Source: an uncultured Clostridia bacterium (GTDB lineage: Bacteria; Bacillota; Clostridia; Lachnospirales; Anaerotignaceae). Taken from it: DNA of 32,878 nt. This document shows, one piece after another, positions 7,686 to 16,980 of the stretch. The translations under genes and the position numbers were made by a program. The stretch is taken from contig CALASU010000178.1 of the NCBI GenBank assembly GCA_937888765.1, positions 1-32,878 of the forward strand. Direction: 5' to 3'. Numbering within the stretch: position 1 is the first letter of the stretch; the number at the start of each line of letters is the position of its first letter. The notes under the pieces are model-generated. The model had not been told where the DNA came from, made no database searches, and worked only from the letters and a program-made list of their open reading frames with translations.

Positions 7686-9227
7686 TCATACAACCTCCAT
7701 AATATCCGCAAGAGTTAGTTCTGCCAGTTCTTCATCTGTAATATCCTCATCCAGAACAAGCCGATTTGCCTGCTGATTGATTGCCTGCTCAAACAGATTT
7801 CGCACCGTACGAGCATTCCCGAAATGTTCATTTCTATTTCCATACAGTGCATCAAAATGCTGTTTCAACTGCGGCAGAACATTCTCCGCAACGGTATATC
7901 CATTGGTATCACAAAATCTTTGAAAAATACGCAGCATCTCCTCCCCCTCATAATCAGGGAAATAGAAGTATTTATTGAACCTCGACCGCAGTCCGGGGTT
8001 TGCATCAATAAACTGATGCATCAGTTCGTCGTAGCCTGCAACAATGACGATCAGCTCATCTCTATGGTCTTCCATTGCTTTCAGGATCGTTTCAATAGCT
8101 TCTTTTCCATAGCTATCCTCTTTATCATTCGCCAGAGCATAGGCCTCATCAATAAATAAAATCCCGCCAAGGGCTTCCTGAATCACTTTCTGTGTTTTGA
8201 TGGCAGTCTGCCCAAGATACCCCGCAACCAGACCGCTTCTGTCTGTTTCTACCAGCTGTCCCTGCGGAAGAATACCCATAAAATAATACAGCTTGGCAAT
8301 CAGTCGTGCTACCGTTGTTTTGCCCGTCCCCGGATTTCCCGTAAATACCAGATGATATGACATAGTAGGCACTTTCATTCCGCGCTGGGTACGCATCTGA
8401 CAGATTTTGATAAAGTTCAGCAGACTCTGCACATCATTCTTTACCTGTTCCAGCCCCACCAGACCATACAATTCTTCCAGAACACTTTCCAAGGTTTCCT
8501 CTGTCTGTGTGCCGTTATCCGATTTCTGCACAAAAACAGTTTCATCATTTCTATTTTGTATAACAGACGTTTTCGGCTTTTCATTTTCCTGCGTTCCCGC
8601 CTGATCAAACAGAGAAGTTAAGCCCTTCAGTTCTTTTCTGACGCCTTCCAGCATCTGGATCACTTCTTCCGCCTCTTCCTCCAAAGATACATCATCCTTC
8701 TCAGCAGACAGGTCCTGATAATAGCTCTGTTCATTCAATGGCGTAATCATCTGGGGATGGTATTCCTGTTTCTTCCCTGCAGGAACTTCTTTTTCATCAC
8801 AATACAGGAGCAGCAGATCGCTGATTTCTTTCAATGCTCTTGCTTCTGCCAGTGTAAAATCTCCATTTACCAATGCCAGCATGACCAGAAAACGTCCTAT
8901 GGAATCCGCAATCGTTCTGCTGCAGCTTGTCCCCTGTATAACATCCACCTTTACAATTTCTCTGAAAAATACAGGGATTCTCAGTTTTCGCTCTTCTTCT
9001 CCGGCACACTGCATTGCTGTAACAACCTGCGCCACTGTGTATTCCTGTCCGGAAAATACCGGTAACACCTCTATGTACTCCTCTGCACATAAACGGTTGC
9101 CCGCCCAGATACGCAAAGTCGCCGCCATCAGCCAGGAACATATTTCTGCTTCATACTTCTGATGTACATGTTTTTCTATTTCTTCCAGTAACCCCTCTAA
9201 AGCTGTTGTTATTTCCTGTTTTTTCAT
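7686..9227 (-). CDS. CbbX/SpoVK-family AAA+ ATPase with N-terminal TerB-like helical domain
   Basis: LVGLEQVK, HLVFTGNPGTGKT (Walker A), GYLGQTA, ILFIDEAY (Walker B), NPGLRSRF, FGNARTVRN. N-terminal ALVNGDFTLAE resembles the TerB A..DG.....E motif (weaker call). Confidence 0.9.
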   Translation of the reverse strand: MKKQEITTALEGLLEEIEKHVHQKYEAEICSWLMAATLRIWAGNRLCAEEYIEVLPVFSGQEYTVAQVVTAMQCAGEEERKLRIPVFFREIVKVDVIQGTSCSRTIADSIGRFLVMLALVNGDFTLAEARALKEISDLLLLYCDEKEVPAGKKQEYHPQMITPLNEQSYYQDLSAEKDDVSLEEEAEEVIQMLEGVRKELKGLTSLFDQAGTQENEKPKTSVIQNRNDETVFVQKSDNGTQTEETLESVLEELYGLVGLEQVKNDVQSLLNFIKICQMRTQRGMKVPTMSYHLVFTGNPGTGKTTVARLIAKLYYFMGILPQGQLVETDRSGLVAGYLGQTAIKTQKVIQEALGGILFIDEAYALANDKEDSYGKEAIETILKAMEDHRDELIVIVAGYDELMHQFIDANPGLRSRFNKYFYFPDYEGEEMLRIFQRFCDTNGYTVAENVLPQLKQHFDALYGNRNEHFGNARTVRNLFEQAINQQANRLVLDEDITDEELAELTLADIMEVV

Positions 9228-9273
9228 AAAGCCCCTCCCACATATATCATCTGTTTATTCCTCATATCTGCAT

Positions 9274-9909
9274 TCACTTTTTCTTCAGCATCGGACGAAG
9301 CCCCTTATATCGTTCTTTCCATTTCTCAGAGATGCGGAAAGAATCACAGATTTTCTGAATCGCTTTCCCTGTAATGTTATAGTGCAAATCACTGTTTTTG
9401 AACCATTCATATACGACTTCCGGCTGATATACTGCAAGTTCCGCGATCAGCCACGCTTCCGCCATCTGCACATAATACTGCGCATCATCCTGCAGCAGCG
9501 GCAGCAGTTCGTCTGCATGTCCACGCCCCAGTTTTGAGATAAACAATACATATCCCCAACGTCTGATAAAAGGGTCTTCATCCATACGATACCCTTTGGC
9601 ATACTGCATGGCTGTTTCAAATTTCAGATCTGCGACGAAACGAATCAGCTGATCGGTATGCCACCAGTCAGCAAAAAGCAGATTCTCATGGATGAATGCC
9701 ATTCTTTCCTTTACATCTTTTAACTGCTTCAGTGCTGTATAATAATAGATTCTATGTAATTCCTGATACTCCAGTATATATGGGCGCAAAAGGGAGGGAT
9801 TCGCCTTTTCTCTTACATATTTCCGAATCAGACCATCAATATCAGCTGTTTTATATCCTTCCGGCAACATAGCAATATCCTGTTTTACTGTTTCTATTGT
9901 CAGCTTCAT
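9274..9909 (-). CDS. DNA alkylation repair protein (AlkD-like HEAT repeat)
   Basis: DWWHTD, FIRRWGYV and YYVQMAEAWLIAE motifs; likely start ATG 9909 after AAGGAG. Confidence 0.8.
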   Translation of the reverse strand: MKLTIETVKQDIAMLPEGYKTADIDGLIRKYVREKANPSLLRPYILEYQELHRIYYYTALKQLKDVKERMAFIHENLLFADWWHTDQLIRFVADLKFETAMQYAKGYRMDEDPFIRRWGYVLFISKLGRGHADELLPLLQDDAQYYVQMAEAWLIAELAVYQPEVVYEWFKNSDLHYNITGKAIQKICDSFRISEKWKERYKGLRPMLKKK

Positions 9910-9973
9910 TTTTCTCATCTCCTTCAAAGTTTTGATAGAGCTGCTGCGAACATCGGAAAAGCCAATCTTTGTA

Positions 9974-10903
9974 TCAGGCAACAATAATTGCCATCATACA
10001 AAATATAATCAGACATACCACTGTCAGAATAGAACATACACTGGCAGCAACAGTATTCTCCTCTTTTGTCTTGCCAAGTCCTGCTGTCAGATAACTGCCC
10101 GGCAATGCACAATACAGAAGAATTGCCCATCTTGTTTCGACATCAACAGATGGAACAAAGTATAAGATTGCCTGCATAATCACACAAAAAGCTGCAAAGA
10201 TCATAAAATGCAGCCCGCAGATTTCAAATACCTGTCTGCGATTTCCCTTTCCTAAAGAAAAATTATATCCTACACAGAATAAGATCACTGCACTTACCGG
10301 CTGTGCAATAAATCCTGTAACTTCCGTGATAATACCGCCAATTCCAATCCCATTCAGAACCTGCATTGCTCCTGTCAGATTCAAAGTCAGCCCCAGAAGG
10401 CTCATCAAAAGAAGCGGTGACTGAAATACTTTCTTCAGTACGTACCCAACAGATGGATTCTTCCCCATATCTGCTGATAAAATCGTCATTACAGGGATTG
10501 CAACCATCCCCTGCGCTACATCCATTACCCCCATTCTGTATGCCTGTGCCGTGCCAAACAATGTCATAAAAAGCGGAATTCCCAGCATCCCTGTTTCCTG
10601 CGAAGAAAAGAGCTGCGGCAGGTTATGATATGGATATCTTTTCTTTCTGACTCTGAATGACCATAAAGAACTCATGAATACAAGAGGGATCAGCAATACC
10701 ATAGCCGTCACGGATTCCATTTCCATCTTTCCGGTCAGACAGGAATTAAATAAAACACAGGGTAAACAGAATGTCATAATAAACTTCTGCAGTCCCTTAT
10801 TCGCTTCTTCCGAGATCGTATTCTTTTTTCTTGCAAATACCCCTAACGATATGGTTACAAAAATAGGTATAATGATTTCCAAAACTTTGATTACATTATT
10901 CAT
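9974..10903 (-). CDS. AEC (auxin efflux carrier) family transporter
   Basis: 309 aa, about 10 hydrophobic segments, IIPIF, LPCVLF and GMLGIPL motifs; GGGAGG RBS. Confidence 0.85.
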   Translation of the reverse strand: MNNVIKVLEIIIPIFVTISLGVFARKKNTISEEANKGLQKFIMTFCLPCVLFNSCLTGKMEMESVTAMVLLIPLVFMSSLWSFRVRKKRYPYHNLPQLFSSQETGMLGIPLFMTLFGTAQAYRMGVMDVAQGMVAIPVMTILSADMGKNPSVGYVLKKVFQSPLLLMSLLGLTLNLTGAMQVLNGIGIGGIITEVTGFIAQPVSAVILFCVGYNFSLGKGNRRQVFEICGLHFMIFAAFCVIMQAILYFVPSVDVETRWAILLYCALPGSYLTAGLGKTKEENTVAASVCSILTVVCLIIFCMMAIIVA

Positions 10904-10970
10904 CCGTTCCTCCCAAAAATTTATTTTTCCAAAAACAGAGCCGCATCCTTGTGTCCTTTCCCTCTCCTCG

Positions 10971-11504
10971 TTATTGCTTTCTTTTGCAATCTATGGTTTC
11001 CAGCAAAACACGCAGATTATCCCATAGCAGTTTTTCAGACTGCGAAACAGTTCCGCAAAAATCATCTTCAAAATCCTTCAGATGCTTTGCACCAAGCTTT
11101 TTATACAGGTTTCCCGCAGTATCATTTCCTTTGACAATACAGATGCTCATGCCTGCATATCCCTGTTCCTGCGCATACTGCCCTATTGTTTGGATCAATG
11201 CTGTGCCCACACCGTTTCCTCTGACATGTTCGGAAACCTGAAGGGAATCCAGATACCAGATGTTTTCTGATTCCTGATCTTTCTTCCCTGCCACAAAGCC
11301 CAAAAACACATCCTTTTCATAAGCCGCCCATATTTTATGTTCCTCTGCCATAAGATACGTTTCCCATTTGCGAATACCATACGCTATCGTCAACTGATTG
11401 ATATACACATCAGAAAGTAACCCCCGATATGTATTCCGATGATTTGTCACATAAAGTTCGCCGATCTTTTGAAGATCCTCTTTTTTTGCCACCCTGATTT
11501 CCAT
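10971..11504 (-). CDS. GNAT family N-acetyltransferase
   Basis: Motif A V....RGNGVGTALI and N..A.NLYKKLG. Confidence 0.9.
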   Translation of the reverse strand: MEIRVAKKEDLQKIGELYVTNHRNTYRGLLSDVYINQLTIAYGIRKWETYLMAEEHKIWAAYEKDVFLGFVAGKKDQESENIWYLDSLQVSEHVRGNGVGTALIQTIGQYAQEQGYAGMSICIVKGNDTAGNLYKKLGAKHLKDFEDDFCGTVSQSEKLLWDNLRVLLETIDCKRKQ

Positions 11505-11528
11505 GATAAAAACCCCAATCCCTGAAAT

Positions 11529-12023
11529 TTATTCTACATAATGAATACGGCTCTCATCAAAGCGATCCTGCTGTTCCCTTTCCTCAGCAGGATAACCATA
11601 CGGGAATATCGCAAATGCACGCAGATTGTCCGAAATAGCAAGGATTTCTTCCACTTCTTTCATCCGTTCTTCCATAGGCGCAATTCCCAGCCATACGCCG
11701 CCAAGCCCCTGTGCGACTGTTTCCAGCCAAAGGTTTTCCATCGCAATCGAAAGATCAATCTGTGCATAATCGGGCAGCAGGCAATCTTTTCGATAAACTG
11801 CCACGATTGCAATGGGTGCATCTTTTGTCATCCCTGCATAAGGGCTGACTGCAGAAAGGGCTTTTAATTTTTCTTTATTCGTAACAACATAAAATTCCCA
11901 GGGCTGCTGATTTGCCGCAGAAGGAGCCTGCATCGCAGCTCTGAGGATCGCCATTGTCTTTTCTTTTTCTACAGGTCTATCCTGATATTTTCTGATACTT
12001 ACTCTTTTAAAAATGTAATTCAT
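11529..12023 (-). CDS. Nitroreductase family protein
   Basis: RVSIRKY, APSAANQQPWEF and GLGGVWLG motifs; AAGGAGG RBS. Confidence 0.95.
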   Translation of the reverse strand: MNYIFKRVSIRKYQDRPVEKEKTMAILRAAMQAPSAANQQPWEFYVVTNKEKLKALSAVSPYAGMTKDAPIAIVAVYRKDCLLPDYAQIDLSIAMENLWLETVAQGLGGVWLGIAPMEERMKEVEEILAISDNLRAFAIFPYGYPAEEREQQDRFDESRIHYVE

Positions 12024-12060
12024 ACATAAAACCTCCTTTAAAAAATTCTTATTTATCGAC

Positions 12061-12252
12061 TTATTTGTTATTGATCCGCCTATAAAATTTATACCCTATC
12101 AATCCTATTATTGCATTTACAATTACCAAAAACAGTATCAGTATAATTATATTTTCATCAATCTGCGCCGTTGCATCTGCGATTCGCACGGCAAATCTTG
12201 AAACAATCAGCATACTCATACTTGTAAAAAAGAAAACCAGCTTCTTTTTCAT
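12061..12252 (-). CDS. Small two-TM membrane protein
   Basis: 63 aa, two hydrophobic stretches, GGAG RBS, fills the gap between co-oriented genes. Confidence 0.6.
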   Translation of the reverse strand: MKKKLVFFFTSMSMLIVSRFAVRIADATAQIDENIIILILFLVIVNAIIGLIGYKFYRRINNK

Positions 12253-12296
12253 TTATTCATACTCTCCACGCTTTCCTATACCCGCAAATTCTATTT

Positions 12297-12848
12297 TTAT
12301 AATATAAACCCTCTCTTCAGAATTTCCAATTCTTCCAGAACAATACAATTTTCAAATAAATGCTTCTGAACGCCTTCACAGCATTGGTCAAAATCCATCC
12401 AAAGCACGCTGTCCACTTCTTCTTCCTGAATGGTAAAGTCACTTTCTTCCCTGTCCAGCCATAACAGAAACACTCTGGAAATCTGTCTGTCATGGAAAGG
12501 CTTGCCAAAGAAAATATCGTCCCAGATCACTTTTCGATTTCCGCAATAGAGCAGGTCCTTTTCCTCCGCTTTTACGCCCAGTTCTTCTTCCAATTCACGA
12601 ATTGCCGATTTCAGATAACTGTCTCCTGCCGGGATATGTCCTGCACTGGAAATATCATAGCACCCGGGGAAAGAAGATTTATGCTTCGCTCTTTTCTGCA
12701 GCAAAATCTGTATTTTTCCATTTTTTCTTCTTGCCAGCCAGACATGGGAAGTTCTATGTAAGATTCCCTTTGCATGGGCTGTTTCTCTATCTACAATCTC
12801 ACCGGTCGGCTGGCCATTTTCATCTACAATATCTAAAAATTCTTTCAT
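12297..12848 (-). CDS. NUDIX hydrolase (IDI-like subfamily)
   Basis: AGHIPAGD..SAIRELEEELG Nudix box; H..GILHR and LLQKR motifs. Confidence 0.9.
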   Translation of the reverse strand: MKEFLDIVDENGQPTGEIVDRETAHAKGILHRTSHVWLARRKNGKIQILLQKRAKHKSSFPGCYDISSAGHIPAGDSYLKSAIRELEEELGVKAEEKDLLYCGNRKVIWDDIFFGKPFHDRQISRVFLLWLDREESDFTIQEEEVDSVLWMDFDQCCEGVQKHLFENCIVLEELEILKRGFIL

Positions 12849-12860
12849 GATACACCTCTT

Positions 12861-13469
12861 TTAAGTTTTATTATGGGGTAACAGAAAAACCAGAATCTGT
12901 TCCCGCATATCATTTCCTGCAAACAGATCACCACAATCAATCTCATTATAAAATTCCAGTTCATCCACTGTCATAAGATAAGAAATATACTCCTCTGACG
13001 GATAATAGAAAAACAAAAGCATTTCCCTCGGACTCTTATTATGAGATTCCATGATTCTCTCCATCACCTTGCAAAGGATCTCCACAGAAAATGGGTTGAA
13101 AAAATAGCACCGATTGACTTCCGGCGGCACTTCATACGCTTCTGCTCTTGTCAGTACAAAAGCAGTCTTTGCTCTGGAAACAGCAGTCTTCTGGTTTTCC
13201 AATGCGCTCTGATACATACGTTCATCATATTCAATCCCTATCGTATTCGCTTTCGTCTGATAGGAAAGGAAAAAATCAACACGCCCTTTCCCGCAGCCAT
13301 AGTCTAAAAGTACATCTTTTTTGCGAATGAGTCCTCTATTCGCCAGACGCTCCAGAACAGAATATGGTGACGGTTCATATGGATAACAATTCTGATCCGC
13401 TTTGGAATCATCCCGTCCGCTTGTTTTTATCTGCAGGAGTTTATCCCATGTATTTTCATTTTCTATCAT
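12861..13469 (-). CDS. Class I SAM-dependent methyltransferase
   Basis: YEPSPY, LLDYGCGKGR and YFFNPF motifs. Confidence 0.9.
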   Translation of the reverse strand: MIENENTWDKLLQIKTSGRDDSKADQNCYPYEPSPYSVLERLANRGLIRKKDVLLDYGCGKGRVDFFLSYQTKANTIGIEYDERMYQSALENQKTAVSRAKTAFVLTRAEAYEVPPEVNRCYFFNPFSVEILCKVMERIMESHNKSPREMLLFFYYPSEEYISYLMTVDELEFYNEIDCGDLFAGNDMREQILVFLLPHNKT

Positions 13470-13560
13470 AATCCCCCTCTATCCATAATACAAATTTTCA
13501 TCTGACTCTATATTTTTATGATAGCATACTCCTACGCTCGTGTCATTTTAAGTTTTTCTG

Positions 13561-13596
13561 AAAAGAAATACAGCCATGCACTGTAGTGCATGGCTG
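13561..13596 (-). terminator. Rho-independent terminator
   Basis: CAGCCATGCAC-TACA-GTGCATGGCTG followed by TATTTCTTTT directly after the stop at 13603. Confidence 0.75.
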
Positions 13597-13602
13597 CTGC
13601 CA

Positions 13603-14550
13603 TTACTGTTCAGAACCGGATTCCAATTTTAATACCGCTCCACAATATTCACATATCTCTGTCAGATTAGAGTTCGGCGCACCACAGGATGGACATTCAT
13701 ACAGCACTGACATCTGTCTATCATCCAGCTTGTTCGGATTTTCTTTGAAATACTTATATGCACGATTTTCATCTAAATAGTTGGAAAATAGTCCAAAAAC
13801 AATCAAACCGTACATACCTCCCAAAAAAATATTCCAGAAGAGCATCTCTTCAGAAAGTTGTTCTTTTCCTAACTCGTCCATAATACTATGAAAAGAAAAA
13901 TCCAAGGCATCATATATCTTCTGTCCTGCCATTCCTTTCTGGAAATTGTCTGCCAACTCATCAAACAGGTCATCCGGCAGACATTGCATCGTGTCATCTC
14001 CGCAATACATTTCATATTCCCATTCAAACGTACCATCATATGTAAACAGAATGAGCATAGCATCTTCTTCTATCCCCATAGCATAGTATAATTCTTCTGC
14101 ATAAAATTCAGCAGCATTATACTTGCTTTTCCATTCCATATCATCTGTATATAAAGTGACCGGCATACCGGATGTTTCATAAACTGTCTGAAACAAATCC
14201 AGAGTATTCTGTTCTTCTTCAGGCGTTAACAGATCTATCGTATCCTGAATTGCAATTCTATCAGGATTCCCATTTACTTTTCCGCCAAAATAAATCGGCA
14301 TCCATAAAAGTAACAGGAGCACTGACAGAAAGATCGTTATCAAAATAGCCTTTACCAGATTCCATTTGGGACGAAATTTATCAGTACCGTAATCCTTATT
14401 CACTGTATAATAACTATGATATACCCCTTTATGATAATAACTTCTGTTATAACAGCCCTTAAACGGCTTAGAAGAAACGGTTACACTTTTGGAACTTCCG
14501 CCGCCGCTTCTGGAACCGCCTCTGCTTCTGCTTCTGCCGCCACGTCTGCC
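13603..14550 (-). CDS. TPM-domain membrane protein with C-terminal zinc ribbon; 5' start apparently damaged
   Basis: TM helix, IQDTIDLLTPEEE TPM-like start, second TM, CPSCGA-x8-CEYCG. The frame stays open 49 codons upstream of GTG 14403 (GRRGGRSRSRGGSRSGGGSS..) up to TGA at 14551-14553. Confidence 0.7.
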   Translation of the reverse strand, partial: GRRGGRSRSRGGSRSGGGSSKSVTVSSKPFKGCYNRSYYHKGVYHSYYTVNKDYGTDKFRPKWNLVKAILITIFLSVLLLLLWMPIYFGGKVNGNPDRIAIQDTIDLLTPEEEQNTLDLFQTVYETSGMPVTLYTDDMEWKSKYNAAEFYAEELYYAMGIEEDAMLILFTYDGTFEWEYEMYCGDDTMQCLPDDLFDELADNFQKGMAGQKIYDALDFSFHSIMDELGKEQLSEEMLFWNIFLGGMYGLIVFGLFSNYLDENRAYKYFKENPNKLDDRQMSVLYECPSCGAPNSNLTEICEYCGAVLKLESGSEQ

Positions 14551-14617
14551 TCAATTCTGTGTTTCTCTCTGGTATATTCAGAAAAATTTCGACTTTCCTT
14601 ATTTCATTGTATAATAG

Positions 14618-14651
14618 AAAACAGGATGGTCGTCAGATACGACCACCCCGT
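14618..14651 (-). terminator. Rho-independent terminator
   Basis: ACGGGGTGGTCGT-ATCTG-ACGACCATCCTGT followed by TTT. Confidence 0.65.
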
Positions 14652-14699
14652 AAAGTTTTTTATATTACATTCAAGAACATTTCTTTGCCGTATTCCACA

Positions 14700-15185
14700 T
14701 TATTCTGCTTTCATGAATAATGTATACATATTCATATAATCCATATACATTACATTGTCCACCATATCGCAGTAAACTTCTTCTTCATAGCCGCCGTCAT
14801 ACAGATACAGCACTACGCCGGATTCTGTGAAATCCCATTCGCCGTCATAGTTGATATCCATAATTTCAGCATCTACAGTATAATTATTATGCAGTGTCAG
14901 ATGAGATTCGCCGCATTCTTCTTCCGTCATTTCCTGACCATCGGCATCATAGCCGACACAGTCCCAGTCACCGACAAAATCGACATCTTCCATCACATCA
15001 TCTGTCACTTCTTCCGTCACATCATCTGTCACTTCTTCCGTCACATCATCTGTCACTTCTTCCGTCACAGGTACAGGATCCGTAACAGGTTCAGCAGTGC
15101 CGCTGTTATCATCACCGCCGCAGGCGGTCACACCAAATGTCAGCATTGCCGCCAACAGCATTGCCAGCCATTTATTCTTTTTCAT
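14700..15185 (-). CDS. Acidic lipoprotein with lipocalin-like beta domain
   Basis: Start ATG 15185 after GGGGG; signal peptide with lipobox VTAC; acidic repeat linker; FVGDW and GEW motifs. Confidence 0.75.
   Translation of the reverse strand: MKKNKWLAMLLAAMLTFGVTACGGDDNSGTAEPVTDPVPVTEEVTDDVTEEVTDDVTEEVTDDVMEDVDFVGDWDCVGYDADGQEMTEEECGESHLTLHNNYTVDAEIMDINYDGEWDFTESGVVLYLYDGGYEEEVYCDMVDNVMYMDYMNMYTLFMKAE
14993..15069. repeat. 24-bp coding tandem repeat, about 3.2 copies
   Basis: TCACATCATCTGTCACTTCTTCCG three times exactly; encodes TEEVTDDV. Confidence 0.9.
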
Positions 15186-15208
15186 AAGGATACCCCCATT
15201 TCTAAAGA

Positions 15209-15982
15209 TCATCCATTCAAAGAACCGCCGCAGTATTCGCAGCAGCCATTTGCTGTGGGCAGACTTGTTGCACCGCACCAAGGACAGGTTGCCGCCTGTT
15301 TGGGTGCCGCTGCAGCCGCAGCTGCATCTCTGCCTGTCTGACGTGCTTCTGTCAGTACGTGCTTGATTTCCAGACCCATTTCTTCATATTCACGGATCTT
15401 AGGATTGTCAGAATGACCGCCTCCAAAGAAGCTTCTTCTGCCGCTTTCCTGAATGGTTACGGAAGAACGGTTCAGCTGGAACTTCATGCAGTCAAAATAA
15501 GGATGATTTACCATGATCGCAATATCAAAATCATAGTGATATGTATAGCGGGGAGGATTGTAGCTTACCCATTCGCCATCAGGTGTCTGTCTTTTTTCTT
15601 CTGTATGGCTTTCGTTTGTATCCAGATCTACGCCTGTAACCTGTGTGAAATCCAGAACATCAGGATTTGTTTCTCTCCAGTTCTTTTCATCTGTTATTAT
15701 AAACTGCATCTTATCTTCATCCAGATAAATCTTTTCTTTTTCGCCCAGAATACGTGTTGCATTGAATGCTGCTACCTTTGCTTTATTTGCTTCACGATAA
15801 GCCAGCTGTTCTTCGATTTCTGCAATGGTGCTTCCCCTTCTGTCCGTAAACCAGGGAGACAGTTTATTTGCACATTCCTTACACATATTGCCATCTTCCA
15901 GTTTGCGGTTACCCAACAGACCAATTTCGCCGCCGCATATAGAACATTCTTTCTTTTCAAATAATTTACCGAATAATCCCAT
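15209..15982 (-). CDS. DUF4428 domain protein with N- and C-terminal zinc ribbons
   Basis: CSICGGEIGLLGNRKLEDGNMCKEC..KLSPWF N-terminus; CPWCGA-x9-CEYCG C-terminus. Confidence 0.85.
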   Translation of the reverse strand: MGLFGKLFEKKECSICGGEIGLLGNRKLEDGNMCKECANKLSPWFTDRRGSTIAEIEEQLAYREANKAKVAAFNATRILGEKEKIYLDEDKMQFIITDEKNWRETNPDVLDFTQVTGVDLDTNESHTEEKRQTPDGEWVSYNPPRYTYHYDFDIAIMVNHPYFDCMKFQLNRSSVTIQESGRRSFFGGGHSDNPKIREYEEMGLEIKHVLTEARQTGRDAAAAAAAPKQAATCPWCGATSLPTANGCCEYCGGSLNG

Positions 15983-16094
15983 AATAAAACCCCCTTTTAT
16001 TTTCGTTGTTCTGTTTTTTCTTTAACCTTAATATAATATAAATTCCGTCTTTTTACAACACTTATTCAGGTATCATTTTCCCGCAATACAGGCA

Positions 16095-16850
16095 CTATTT
16101 TCCTGCAATCACAATCGGCTGATAAAATCCTGTTTCTTCCGGGAATTTCCATTCCACCTTGCTGCAGCCGTTTGCAAGCAGAAGCTCTGTCAGTTCTTCT
16201 CTGCGTGTTGCTCTGTATTCGCAGTCAAATTTACTGATCTGCAGTGTTTTTTCATCGTCAATGATATACTGCGTCAGCTTATAACGATCCGCTTCCCATG
16301 TCCATGTCTGGAAAGACACTCTTTGTCCGTTCTCCGTTTTATGGATATAAGGGGGAGAATACGGCGGTTTTTCTGTAAGCAGTGTATCATAATCTCTGAT
16401 ACTGGCAACAAAAATACCGCCTGTCATGATCTGATTTGTAATACTTCTGGCTGCTGTTTCCAACGCACTTTTGGAAAGCATATGCGGCAATGCATTATCC
16501 ATACAGATCACAATATCGAACTGTTCCGAAAAGGTTTCTGCTAACGCACAGAAATCAGCATGTTCAAAACGGATTTTCACATGATTCTCTGCGGCTCTTA
16601 CCTTTGCTTCTGCAAGTTCTCCATCGCTTATATCCGAGGCAGTTACAGCATACCCGAGCGAAGCAAGCCCAATTGCCTGTGTACCGATTCCACAGGCACA
16701 GTCGAGAATATTGGCTGATGTATCAAAGCCATTTTCCTGAAAAAGTGTATTCAAAATAACAGCCTGTTCCTGTGTTGCAGACTGCCAGTCAAGAAACAGC
16801 TTGTCATACTGGGAAGCTAAGCTGTCATAAAAAGTCTGTATAATATCCAT
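16095..16850 (-). CDS. Class I SAM-dependent methyltransferase (glycine/sarcosine N-methyltransferase-like)
   Basis: ILDCACGIG, FDIVICMDNALPH motifs; AAGGAG RBS. Confidence 0.9.
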   Translation of the reverse strand: MDIIQTFYDSLASQYDKLFLDWQSATQEQAVILNTLFQENGFDTSANILDCACGIGTQAIGLASLGYAVTASDISDGELAEAKVRAAENHVKIRFEHADFCALAETFSEQFDIVICMDNALPHMLSKSALETAARSITNQIMTGGIFVASIRDYDTLLTEKPPYSPPYIHKTENGQRVSFQTWTWEADRYKLTQYIIDDEKTLQISKFDCEYRATRREELTELLLANGCSKVEWKFPEETGFYQPIVIAGK

Positions 16851-16924
16851 ATTACAATCTCCTTTGCAAATTTTAGAATTGATCCTCTACGCAATCCTTT
16901 TTTCCTTTATTATACTACAAAATC

Positions 16925-16953
16925 TTGTGCCGGATTATGAAATATGCTATGAT
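16925..16953 (+). promoter_or_regulatory. Sigma-A promoter for racemase gene
   Basis: TTGTGC-N17-TATGAT with extended -10 TGn. Confidence 0.5.
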
Positions 16954-16980
16954 TTATTACAAAACAAAGGAGGAATTCAT

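Noticed and set aside
7686..9227. Calling the AAA ATPase spoVK or cbbX
   Set aside because: It has a long unrelated N-terminal domain and no sporulation or Rubisco context; only the family is supported.
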